DNA of 64,000 nt, from IMG/VR virus record IMGVR_UViG_3300004481_001142, positions 2,574-66,573 of that record, one strand, 5' to 3'. Each line of letters starts with the position of its first letter. Position 1 is the first letter of the stretch. Source of the stretch: a virus (lineage: Duplodnaviria > Caudoviricetes). Under the pieces are notes generated by a model. That model worked only from the letters and a program-made list of their open reading frames with translations, did no database searches and was not told the origin of the DNA. Shown here piece by piece: positions 39,001 to 46,545 of this stretch. The position numbers and the translations under genes are program-made.

Positions 39001-41725
39001 ATTGATCGAAAGCATTACTTATTTTTTCAATTGCCTGTTGAACATTATTATCTGTAGACAGTCCATTAAAGTGTGTAGTATTTAAAGAAACAGCATAAGC
39101 GGGATGAACTTCGTAAACTTCTCGCAAATCAAGATAATCAACAACTTTAGCCTTAATAGTATTTGTAAAATTATTACTAGTCTGATATATCACTCTCCAT
39201 AAAATCTTAATTTCACTATATGGTACATTACTTAAATCTAAATCATCGAAATTGTCTTGTTTAGCAGCATCTAATGTAGAATACTGACTTTGACCCATTA
39301 TAGCAATTATTGGATCATTAATATCATTTGTCGCAAAAATAAATGTCGATGTATACCAACCGCTAGTAACAGCAGCAACAGGATGATTATCATAACCAAT
39401 TCTGCCTGATCCTCCTGCATTTTCGTACACAGGATATGTTGTAGCTGTCTTCTTCGTCCACACACCGACACTACTTCGATAAAAAACAGGCATGATAGCT
39501 GCGGGACTTAACGTCTGATAATATGGATATGATGTAGCAGAATCAACAATATTTACTTTAATGTCATCATCAATAACAGCTCCTGCACTTACCAATACTT
39601 GAGCATCTGTATCAGCAGTACCGTCACCTATTGTAAATGTTGCATCTAAACCACTATAATAACGAAGACCGTGAGTTTGATCTAAATAAAGACGCGTCTG
39701 ACCGTCCATTATTGTGCTATGACGCTCGTCCACTAAACTTATATGCGTTGCTGCGCCAACACTCCAGTAAACAGATGCAACAGGCGCGTGTATTGTATCA
39801 TCCCAGATTGTTTGACTGCGATTTAATGTCCCAGTTATATCATAATAAAAATACCAAATACCCTCAAGATTATCTATTGTAATAGTATCAGGACTTGCAC
39901 TACTTTTATCAAAAAGTTTGTTATTGACGTAAAAAATAGGTCCTTCAGATCCTATAGGACCTGAAACTGCAAACGTTCTAGCGGGACTTGAATCTGTAAA
40001 TGAAATTTCATATACTGTTGCACTTCTGCTAATAAATCCTGTCGGTGCATGAAGTGCATATTGATTTGTCACATGTTCTACAAGAGAATCATATCCTGCC
40101 GGTGAAATAGCAGGTGAAAATGTTAAATCTGCACCATTAGTAATGTTAAGAAAGATATCACCTCGTTCAATATCAATCGCATGACCACCACCTGAATTAG
40201 TCACTACTATCGCACTACCAGCTGAAGCATTTGTAACCTCAACTGCATTGCCAGCAACACTATCGTCAGCCTTATTTATTACTAATGCCTTACCTGTGTC
40301 TGATTTATTAATTGTGGCAGCATCTGTGCCCGGAGCAGTATTGTTTATAATCAGTTTTCCAACATTATGTTCTGAAGTGTTAATAATTTCAACAGTTCCA
40401 TGAACTGTCAAATTGTTTTCTACTGTGGCATTATAAACATCAAGTTCGCCTTTTCCATTTGACAGATTTAATAATGAATTTGTATATGTACGCTTATCAA
40501 CTATATCTGCGGCATAAATTTCATTTTGGCCCGCAGTACGATTAATTTCAGCTAACTTATAATATCTATGGTAAACATCATTTGCGTCTAATCCATCAGC
40601 AGGAATGTCAACTGTACCCTCGGCTACAAGAATGTCTTGCACTATTCTAAATCTATTAGCAGTTTGTATATCAAGATCTCCGTCTTTTAATGTCACATCT
40701 TGATATTCAGAATCTATATCACAACTAACTTCTGCAAGATATGTGTCTACATAAACAGTATCAACCCGTGTACCTCCTAATGGAGGTGCTAATACAGGTA
40801 TTGTTGTATTTGTATAATCGTCGTCTTCAAGAGAACCAGTATTATTTTGCTGATTATATTCGATATCATTAAAAAGTAAAAGAGCATATCCTTTTACAAC
40901 TAATATAGCAGGCTTGTCAACTCCGTAGTTGATCGTCCAGCTAGCATACGTTCCTGAACCTACTACAGATGTGACATTTATATCTAATGCACCAGTATCA
41001 CGATTGTATGCTGTTATTGTGCCTTCCATATAATTTGATGAATCATATGACACAATAACTCTTTGTGCTCTATAATTATACCATGCTGGAGCTATATCAC
41101 CTTTATTAATGTCCAACGACAATCCAAATTCAACTGTAAACGTCTTACTGCCAGCACCAATTAGCCACGATGTCGTTGATTTTGTAACAGTGTCACTTTT
41201 AACAACAAAATTATTTACATTACTTACAGTACTTTCTTCGATCCTCCATGAGCGGCCCGGGCAAGTTTCATCACAAGTAACATCCCAAACAATATACGTA
41301 CCCGAACCGATAATTGATGTAATATTTGCAACTAATTGACCAGTGCCCGGATTATATGATGTTATTGTTCCTTGCATGTAATTGGACGAATCATGCATTA
41401 TTATAACAGTTTTACTAGCTGAAAAAGCTAATCCTATGCCAATTGTCAATGTCTGAGCGCCTGTTGCAATTGTCAATGATGTAGTCGACGTAGATGACGT
41501 AATGTATGACGTCGCAGTTCTGTCACCGTCAAGTATTCCATCACCGACATTTCTTTCTAAGTACCTTCTTAGAAAATCAAGTTGACGGTAATCAATTTCT
41601 GTTAATTCCTTGTCAAGCACGGGTTTGCCGCGCTGAACAGCCATGACATACCTTTTTTTAGCATTACTTGTAAGGTCGTCAAGAGAGAACGAATAATCGC
41701 CGACGTATGCTGTAGCTGGGTTCAC
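33086..41725 (-). CDS. Giant tail fibre / receptor-binding protein: DUF6519-like anchor, beta-helical shaft and five 7-bladed Asp-box (BNR) beta-propellers
   Basis: GTG start with AAGGAG RBS; QRGKPVLDKELTE and RVDTVYVDTY...QTANRFRI anchor motifs; 35 MSSDG-type blades with SxDYGxTW Asp boxes. Confidence 0.88.
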   Translation of the reverse strand: MNPATAYVGDYSFSLDDLTSNAKKRYVMAVQRGKPVLDKELTEIDYRQLDFLRRYLERNVGDGILDGDRTATSYITSSTSTTSLTIATGAQTLTIGIGLAFSASKTVIIMHDSSNYMQGTITSYNPGTGQLVANITSIIGSGTYIVWDVTCDETCPGRSWRIEESTVSNVNNFVVKSDTVTKSTTSWLIGAGSKTFTVEFGLSLDINKGDIAPAWYNYRAQRVIVSYDSSNYMEGTITAYNRDTGALDINVTSVVGSGTYASWTINYGVDKPAILVVKGYALLLFNDIEYNQQNNTGSLEDDDYTNTTIPVLAPPLGGTRVDTVYVDTYLAEVSCDIDSEYQDVTLKDGDLDIQTANRFRIVQDILVAEGTVDIPADGLDANDVYHRYYKLAEINRTAGQNEIYAADIVDKRTYTNSLLNLSNGKGELDVYNATVENNLTVHGTVEIINTSEHNVGKLIINNTAPGTDAATINKSDTGKALVINKADDSVAGNAVEVTNASAGSAIVVTNSGGGHAIDIERGDIFLNITNGADLTFSPAISPAGYDSLVEHVTNQYALHAPTGFISRSATVYEISFTDSSPARTFAVSGPIGSEGPIFYVNNKLFDKSSASPDTITIDNLEGIWYFYYDITGTLNRSQTIWDDTIHAPVASVYWSVGAATHISLVDERHSTIMDGQTRLYLDQTHGLRYYSGLDATFTIGDGTADTDAQVLVSAGAVIDDDIKVNIVDSATSYPYYQTLSPAAIMPVFYRSSVGVWTKKTATTYPVYENAGGSGRIGYDNHPVAAVTSGWYTSTFIFATNDINDPIIAIMGQSQYSTLDAAKQDNFDDLDLSNVPYSEIKILWRVIYQTSNNFTNTIKAKVVDYLDLREVYEVHPAYAVSLNTTHFNGLSTDNNVQQAIEKISNAFDQLEGGAYFGKVKVAENQLYVNNVGSSWIQRASSKNWADAAASSDGRYQTAVVAGAGYIYTSSDYGITWTVRDSSRDWINITMSSDGKIQTAAVSGGYIYTSSNYGASWIQRASVNSWCGLSMSSDGKIQAAIVGIGYIYTSSDYGVTWTQTTSAAQNWTGIAISSDGRIQTATISNIAVSYIYTSDDYGLTWTARDSSRLWSCVAMSSDGRIQTACVLGGQIYVSFDYGMTWTAKGSSLSWSDVAISSNGQIQVAFVAGPTGYIYVSQDYGTTWQQRATLQAWSALAMSSDGKVLIAGVSSGYLYVSYADSDINGSVVISEFSDDKKRSLLSVDQMQLSQLEGDAYFGRVGLTENQWYVDNIGNIWTARATSLNWQSVAMSSNGKYQTAVVGSEKIYTSSDYGATWTARDSNRDWRDVAMSNDGKIQTAVVNSGTIYVSYDYGLTWTTKGSSASWRAVAMSSDGRIQTTVADSDTIYVSSDYGMTWASKESSRAWIDIAMSSDGKIQTAIMSTSGHYYNSYDYGTTWTQGAAAGALSSIVMSSDGKIQLVVAPARLYTSYNYGVTWTGRDTGAWANATISSNGRIQAAISSSGNVYVSIDYGVTWTAKGPSAAWTGIAMSSDGRVLTATVGSAGKIYVSYAKSSINGEVAISDLTDNNKRSLLSVDQMQLSELEGGAYFGHVGITENQWFLDDFGLTWLRANTSDHQDIAVSSNGKYLTAIVYGGFIHISSNYGITWTQVATSLNWLGIAMSNDGKIQTAIVRNGQIWTSTDYGATWIARDSARDWQCVRVSSDGRIQVTVTATTDYMYISYDYGVTWTSFNSTGNRYGLAISSDAKIQTIVTSTYIYVSLDYGVTWTQRGSSQSWIKVAMSSDGKHQTAVAASANIYTSADYGTIWTARDSSRNWVNVAMSSDGRIQAAVDYPGYTYVSEDYGVTWTQCGASLNNNGIAMSSDGKIIATVSWTGTPLGGIYISYASANIYGAVNISDSRAATDTVTVTKSGTGDAFTVNKTNDGDGIQVTKSSGTGYAIDVIDGDVNVGSGVVTVTNTDASADAVTITKSNTGQGIVVNKTNDGHGIQVTKSSGTGYAIDVIDGDVNVASGVVTVANADVADAVTITKSNTGRAIVVNKSGAGYAIDVVTGDVDIASGTETITKLATTYKQSLLSVDQMQLSQLEGGAYFGRVGITENQLDLATSVFGSLMWTSRDSAYYWQGIAMSSDGRIQTAVATVSGYIFTSTDYGATWTQRGSAGSWYGVAMSADGKIQTAARGSSQIYTSFDYGVTWTGRDSSRSWNAIAMSADGKIQTAGLYGGDIYTSTDYGVTWTVRSAASTYWTSIAMSSDGKMQTAVALGDYIYTSSDYGVTWTWRDSTRQWCDVAMSSDGRIQTAAANSGDKIYISTDYGATWTGKDSNRNWIAVAMSSSGRLQIAATRVIPPTADTTAQLYASVDYGNTWKAIGGGAHSWYDVAMSSDGKMLSAVGFNDTIYTSYNISQINSSLSIPKRSILDNESLFSTDQMQLSQLEGGAHFGHVGITENQWYVSHFDTAVWTARDSNRNWMDIAMSSNGKYQSAVAGGVSNDYIYISSDYGVTWTQVGTQAYWVNIAMSSDGKYQSATELLTSAMYRSSNYGTTWSLIISGGSLWGIAMSGDGRIQTIGYTGFTPINVSFDYGVTWVNSNSPTGDFRSIAMSSDGRIQTACAFVGYIYTSVDYGITWIQRDSSRRWTSVAMSSDGKIQTATVNNSGYIYTSTDYGVTWTQRDSAREWTSVAMSSDGKTQIAGTFPGAAGYIYISTDYGASWTVISATTTAGGWRGIAISSDGKIRAACDYGNKIYTSYADSSTIGNVNIAGFLAASTQVGPYKSVFDAVDTAPTLTAAQVLGGIVIGTPTVVRNYTLPTAASLLALIPNAVVGTSIKLTVKNLSGINGIAIVASASMTNGGVASDFSVGASNNATYDVVFTNVTPSTEAAVLYRN
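33490..39003 (-). repeat. Five tandem propeller modules of 7 blades each, each preceded by a conserved LEGGAYFG..ENQ linker
   Basis: Linkers near 38954-39003, 37931-38028, 36937-37028, 35433-35525 and 34391-34480; seven [MIVA]S[SNAG][DNS]G-type motifs counted per module. Confidence 0.9.
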
Positions 41726-41798
41726 TTGACCTGCTCCTTTTATAATGATAACTTTAGTAACAAAATTATTAGAAAGATAAACACATGATAAAAAGCTA

Positions 41799-41957
41799 TT
41801 ATTGTTCGCGCTGTTTCATCGGATCAGTATACTTCGGCCAATTTTTGATTTCTTGCCGATAAGTATCAGCGTACGCATTTTCAGTTATGTCGTCACGGTC
41901 TATCGGATGAGTCTTCATTTCATCCAAAGCTTCGTTAAGTAATTTTTCATCATCCAT
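41799..41957 (-). CDS. Small hypothetical protein (52 aa; below the ORF-track cutoff)
   Basis: MDDEKLLNEALDEMKTHPIDRDDITENAYADTYRQEIKNWPKYTDPMKQREQ; ATG 1 nt after the upstream TAA, GAGG upstream, tandem TAA-TAG stops. Confidence 0.6.
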   Translation of the reverse strand: MDDEKLLNEALDEMKTHPIDRDDITENAYADTYRQEIKNWPKYTDPMKQREQ

Positions 41958-41958
41958 T

Positions 41959-43161
41959 TTAGACCTCTGTGCTAGACCTGATTAAATACTTTTGCACAGG
42001 TCGCACGACATACGGTGTTAGATCTTCAACTGGTTGTAAACCGAGTTTGTAATCCACACCCCTCTGAGTTGCATCTACTCGCCGCATACTTCTTACTTCA
42101 TTTTCCGCGTCATCGTATTGACCAAAGTCTTCAATACGATTTAAAAACACGCGCTTAATAACACCGAGGATAGGTTGGCAGGCTTCCCAATCAACGTTGA
42201 CATCAAATGAGACATCAGCATTGAATGATAATTCATTAGCTGTTTTTACTTCTTCTTCTTCAGACTCTCCTGAGATATTAAATTGTTCAATATAAATGCC
42301 TTCATCAACTAACTTATCTTGTAATACTGACCAAAGATACATGACTGCAAGATCTGCTAACTGTTCTTGAGTATTTGTGTCTTGAGCAACAGTCGACAAA
42401 TTTATTGTTATCTTCCACTTACCTGCATATGATTTTGCCACTTCCTCACGTTGTGGATAAACAACAACTACTTGTATGCCTCCCTTATTAAGAAAATTGC
42501 CAAAAGCCAAAATCACACCGGGAATCACATTATTATAAGCCATCTCAAAATCAGCATCAAATGGACCTGTTTGTACACCAATGTACTGGTAGTCTGCTGT
42601 TAACTGTCCAAAATCATCTATTGACTTCAAAAATGTAATTTCACCTGTGACGTTGTCAATTGTATAATGCTCGTTCCTCTGCAACAATCTTGCAGTTTCA
42701 GAAATTATTTGTTCGCTGTTAGGATTGATCTTTTGATGCTTTAAATACGCGTGCTTAAAAGCATCAGTTTCAATTTCCAAGATTTCATCTGCCACAGTTA
42801 AATATGGCTCAACAATAAACTTTTTATCATCAACCATTTGTACAACATAAAATCCAGGTTTAACTAAATTTTTTACATTTGCTATATCTTCTCTGACCCA
42901 CTCTATCATACGTCCTGGAGTATTTTTAAGATTTGCCAACGTAGTATAAGATGAAATAATACCCTTGTAATTATCTAATGACAATTTCACAGAATCAGCA
43001 CTTGCAGCCTTAACGACAATAGCATATTTTGGCCGCTCTTCGAATTGAAACTTATTAGTGATGACTAATTGGCCATTCCCAAACACTGGATGATCGTTAA
43101 ATAGTGTTTGTAATTCTTCAATAATTCTCTTTTTTATAACATTAGTGATGCGGTAGTACAT
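41959..43161 (-). CDS. Tail terminator / tail completion protein
   Basis: MYYRITNVIKKRIIEELQTLF...; W.I.I.LSTVAQDTNTQEQLADL terminator-like C-terminal half; inserted YTIDNVTGEITF domain. Confidence 0.6.
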   Translation of the reverse strand: MYYRITNVIKKRIIEELQTLFNDHPVFGNGQLVITNKFQFEERPKYAIVVKAASADSVKLSLDNYKGIISSYTTLANLKNTPGRMIEWVREDIANVKNLVKPGFYVVQMVDDKKFIVEPYLTVADEILEIETDAFKHAYLKHQKINPNSEQIISETARLLQRNEHYTIDNVTGEITFLKSIDDFGQLTADYQYIGVQTGPFDADFEMAYNNVIPGVILAFGNFLNKGGIQVVVVYPQREEVAKSYAGKWKITINLSTVAQDTNTQEQLADLAVMYLWSVLQDKLVDEGIYIEQFNISGESEEEEVKTANELSFNADVSFDVNVDWEACQPILGVIKRVFLNRIEDFGQYDDAENEVRSMRRVDATQRGVDYKLGLQPVEDLTPYVVRPVQKYLIRSSTEV

Positions 43162-43271
43162 GCTAGATCTTCCTGTTCAATCATTAATGGTATATTATTT
43201 CCGTCTTGAATCAATTTTAATATTCATATCTTCTTCAAATCATCGCGTTTATCATGTTTATTCATAATTAC

Positions 43272-43682
43272 TTAATATTCATTGTTCCATTTAACAAATC
43301 TGTCAACAGAAAAATCACCAATAGGTGTCAATGTTTTTCTTTCTGGTTCTGACGGATCAAACGACGCAATAGTAATATAGCCGGGCTTTGGAGCATTATT
43401 TATAACTCTATAAATAGATCCCTTATTTAGCCCTTGTACTTGATCCACCATCACAACAAGATCATCAACATCAAACATTTTTGCTTGTTTGTCAATGCCT
43501 GTCATGCCTGCTTCTTTTAACACACGATTAACAATTTTTTCATTATTTGTTATTTGTTCGTCACATAAACGTCGTCCTCTACCTCGACCTAATCCTCTAC
43601 CATGAGGTCCTGTTCCATCCATTAAACCTCGACCCGTTAATAGTCCTTGACCCATCGGTCCTGTTCCGTCTCCTCGTGGCAT
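43272..43682 (-). CDS. DUF5320-like Gly/Arg-rich N-terminus fused to a small C-terminal beta domain
   Basis: MPRGDGTGPMGQG...GRGLGRGRGRR signature; AGGAGG RBS. Confidence 0.65.
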   Translation of the reverse strand: MPRGDGTGPMGQGLLTGRGLMDGTGPHGRGLGRGRGRRLCDEQITNNEKIVNRVLKEAGMTGIDKQAKMFDVDDLVVMVDQVQGLNKGSIYRVINNAPKPGYITIASFDPSEPERKTLTPIGDFSVDRFVKWNNEY

Positions 43683-43706
43683 AATAACCTCCTAATGTTA
43701 GATTTT

Positions 43707-44774
43707 TTATTCTTCTTCATATTCAGCCAATGACGCGAATAGACAACCTTTAGCTACTGCAAACATTTGATCTTCAGCTAATTTAATCTGTTTTACTTTA
43801 AACGGCAATTTAATTTTTTCAATCTCCTGTTTGAAAACTTTATCAAAAGATTTTGCAAGTGAAGTTCCTCCTGCAAGAATAATTGAAATAGGTTCAGGAA
43901 ATTCAGGAACACTTGATGTTTCAACTAATTTCTTTTCAAAACACTTGACAACATACGCAATAAAATTACGATAAAAAATACCAATTGATTCTTCATGTCT
44001 ATCTTTTGGCGCTAATAAATCCATACCAACTTCTTTTATTGCAGTCATTCTTGTTGTTCGTTCACCAATAGCCTTTGCGGCATTTTCATCAATCCAATCA
44101 CCGCCTCGTGAAATACTAAATTCCACAGACCCTGCGCCCATATATGAAAGTGAAACATTCACCATACCTGCACCAAAACTTATTGCTAAACCAGTAAATT
44201 TTTCATCATCTAGTTCAGAATAGCAAATCGCCTGCGCCTCATTCACAGACTGTGCTTTAAAACCAAAAGATTCAATAAAAGATTTTAAAACATTTTCATG
44301 ATAAATCACATTATGGTCTGCATCAATTGGTGCTGCCGGAACTGAAAATTTGCAAATTTCATTCTCACAATGAGGCTTGCCAAGAATACTCTTAAGAATA
44401 GTTTTTATCATTAAAAGTGCTTCAGGCTCTCTCGTACTTATGACACCTTTTTGTAACGGCCTACGAATTTCTCTTTTAAAAACATTTGCAAAATTAACAG
44501 CTTCTTGACCAACAACATATAATAATTTACCGTCATCAGACTCAATGTAATTTGCATCATTAGCTTTTAGCATGTTACGAGCGAATTTATCATTCTCAAT
44601 ATCAAAAAACGCATCACGCTGCGAATGAATTTTAATTTCATCTGCTGCATCAATCGTAGCAGTATTAATAAATGCAGTGCCGACGTCTAATCCGATGCCT
44701 GATTTACGATTAACTTCATCTTTCTTTGTCGGCTTTTTTTCCACCGGTTTTGCTTCTACAGGTTTTGTTTCCAT
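43707..44774 (-). CDS. Actin-fold ATPase (MreB/MamK/ParM superfamily)
   Basis: Phosphate-1 GLDVGTAFI, IRRPLQKGVI, NEAQA catalytic Glu, phosphate-2 SFGAGMVN, GGDWID, adenosine LAGGTS; AAGGAG RBS. Confidence 0.88.
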   Translation of the reverse strand: METKPVEAKPVEKKPTKKDEVNRKSGIGLDVGTAFINTATIDAADEIKIHSQRDAFFDIENDKFARNMLKANDANYIESDDGKLLYVVGQEAVNFANVFKREIRRPLQKGVISTREPEALLMIKTILKSILGKPHCENEICKFSVPAAPIDADHNVIYHENVLKSFIESFGFKAQSVNEAQAICYSELDDEKFTGLAISFGAGMVNVSLSYMGAGSVEFSISRGGDWIDENAAKAIGERTTRMTAIKEVGMDLLAPKDRHEESIGIFYRNFIAYVVKCFEKKLVETSSVPEFPEPISIILAGGTSLAKSFDKVFKQEIEKIKLPFKVKQIKLAEDQMFAVAKGCLFASLAEYEEE

Positions 44775-44777
44775 AAC

Positions 44778-45449
44778 TTAATCTCCTTTTTTTGTTTGAA
44801 TATTTTTTAATTTTGATACAACGTTTCTTGCTTTTTTACCTTCCATCGTTGTCACAGCGCCCAACTTACCTTCCTCAATATTAGTGCGCAAATCTTTATC
44901 TTCATTCAAATTGATAAACACATTTTGCGATTCTTCAATTTTCTTCTCCGATTTGTTTGTCGGCAAATTATCAATTATCTGTTGTGCTATAGTTTGTACT
45001 GAATCTTTATCTATATTAACGTTTGTAACATTCGTTGGCTGTAATCGTTTAACTTCTGTTAAAACCTGTGCAATGGCTGTCATAGTCTTTTGCATCTCTG
45101 TCGAAACATAATTCTTTATGTCTGTCATATCTGGCTGTTGTTGTTGCACTATCACTTGCGGCATCTGTTGTTGATAGTCACTGCCGTCAATCGGTCTAAC
45201 AGACACTTTGCCGTGCAAATATTCTTTACCATAAACTACATCAACCCATTTATTGTGTATCGAATTCAATAAATCTTTTGATACCCTTGCTTCACTCGCA
45301 GGTATGTCGACAACAGTGTTATATGCCACTGTACGATTAATGTCTTTTATGAACACTTGGCCTACGACGCGACCTATGACACGGATATATTCCGGTATTA
45401 ATGCTCTTGTGTTATCAAACCATATTTTTTCACAAAGTGACACATTCAT
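44778..45449 (-). CDS. Hypothetical protein with Gln-rich linker and coiled coil, directly upstream of the actin-like gene
   Basis: 223 aa; ATGA overlap; QQQMPQVIVQQQQP linker. Confidence 0.7.
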   Translation of the reverse strand: MNVSLCEKIWFDNTRALIPEYIRVIGRVVGQVFIKDINRTVAYNTVVDIPASEARVSKDLLNSIHNKWVDVVYGKEYLHGKVSVRPIDGSDYQQQMPQVIVQQQQPDMTDIKNYVSTEMQKTMTAIAQVLTEVKRLQPTNVTNVNIDKDSVQTIAQQIIDNLPTNKSEKKIEESQNVFINLNEDKDLRTNIEEGKLGAVTTMEGKKARNVVSKLKNIQTKKGD

Positions 45450-45892
45450 GTTAAACTCTCGCTAATTAATTCGCGACTAAATTCTTTAATTTTAGTTGCT
45501 CCGTCATCAAAAAATGCTTTACCTCGTTTAAATCCTGGGTGCATCCATTTACCTGATTGCAACATACTTTTGCTAGTAGCAATACGAAATATTGTCTTTC
45601 CTCTAGTTATAATGGGTATTGGACCTTTATTAGTCAAATATCGCATTTTATGCTTTTTGACGCCCTTATTTAATATTCCTGCATAATCAGCGTCAATGTC
45701 AAATCTTACACCGTTTTTTTGAATTGTTGCACCGACACTTCTTATTAAATTTCCTCTGTTAATCAGTCGTCTCTTTTTTATTTCTTGTCTAAAAATCTTT
45801 ACCCCTTTACGTGCAATTTTACCAAATATTACTTTCTTCTTCTTTTTTAATTCCTCTGCGTTAAACTTTACTGAATGAACTTTTAATCGCAT
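45446..45892 (-). CDS. Basic neck/tail-completion protein (HK97 gp10 / virion morphogenesis-like)
   Basis: GNLIRSV...ADYAGILNKG...KWMHPG...FF pattern typical of neck morphogenesis proteins. Confidence 0.55.
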   Translation of the reverse strand: MRLKVHSVKFNAEELKKKKKVIFGKIARKGVKIFRQEIKKRRLINRGNLIRSVGATIQKNGVRFDIDADYAGILNKGVKKHKMRYLTNKGPIPIITRGKTIFRIATSKSMLQSGKWMHPGFKRGKAFFDDGATKIKEFSRELISESLT

Positions 45893-46143
45893 TTGATAAT
45901 CCTCAAATTAAATTTATTTTTAATCACTGACGACAAGTTCAAAAGTATGACATTATTAGTCTTTAATAATTTAACACCGCGTTTTATAGCACAATACAAA
46001 TCTTGCACAATCTTGTCATCAATAGGTAATTTCATCATTCTTACAACGTTATAAAAAACTTTTCTATCATTCTCTTTTATGCGATGCCGATTTAGTCTTA
46101 TAATATCCGGCTTTAATAATAATCTACGGACTCGCAATATCAT
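45883..46143 (-). CDS. Small basic hypothetical protein
   Basis: 86 aa, ATGA overlap with upstream gene. Confidence 0.55.
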   Translation of the reverse strand: MILRVRRLLLKPDIIRLNRHRIKENDRKVFYNVVRMMKLPIDDKIVQDLYCAIKRGVKLLKTNNVILLNLSSVIKNKFNLRIIKCD

Positions 46144-46544
46144 TGTGGTATTACAAATTTGTCAGGTGTAGTAAAAGGCAATGACATCAAATTATAATGA
46201 GATTCCTTTTCAACTCTCATTTCCTGCTCAGTCGTTCTTTGAGCATTCTTATCATTATATTTTCTCATAGCACTTAAATCAAAATCTTCTGTCGCAACTA
46301 CATCTGATTTTTTTCCTACTAATGTGCGAGTCTCAATAATCTGCTGTTGCTCCCTAAAATTGTCATCCCTAGCATGCGCATCTTTAATATAAGGCCCTTT
46401 ATATTCAGTCGCTTGCACATCATCGTTAAATGCCCTAGTTACATGAGCCACACTGGGACCCAAAGGCAAATGAGGTATATCGTTAATAGATGTGCTTCTA
46501 TTAACGCCTAGTCTGCGACAAGGAGCGATTACAACTTCTGTCAT
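46140..46544 (-). CDS. Hypothetical protein
   Basis: 134 aa, tiles between neighbours. Confidence 0.65.
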   Translation of the reverse strand: MTEVVIAPCRRLGVNRSTSINDIPHLPLGPSVAHVTRAFNDDVQATEYKGPYIKDAHARDDNFREQQQIIETRTLVGKKSDVVATEDFDLSAMRKYNDKNAQRTTEQEMRVEKESHYNLMSLPFTTPDKFVIPQ

Positions 46545-46545
46545 G

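Noticed and set aside
3357-41500. TSTTS modules as mini-inteins (three are followed by Cys)
   Set aside because: They lack the N-terminal Cys/Ser block A, the TxxH block B and the C-terminal His-Asn, and are too short for a HINT fold.
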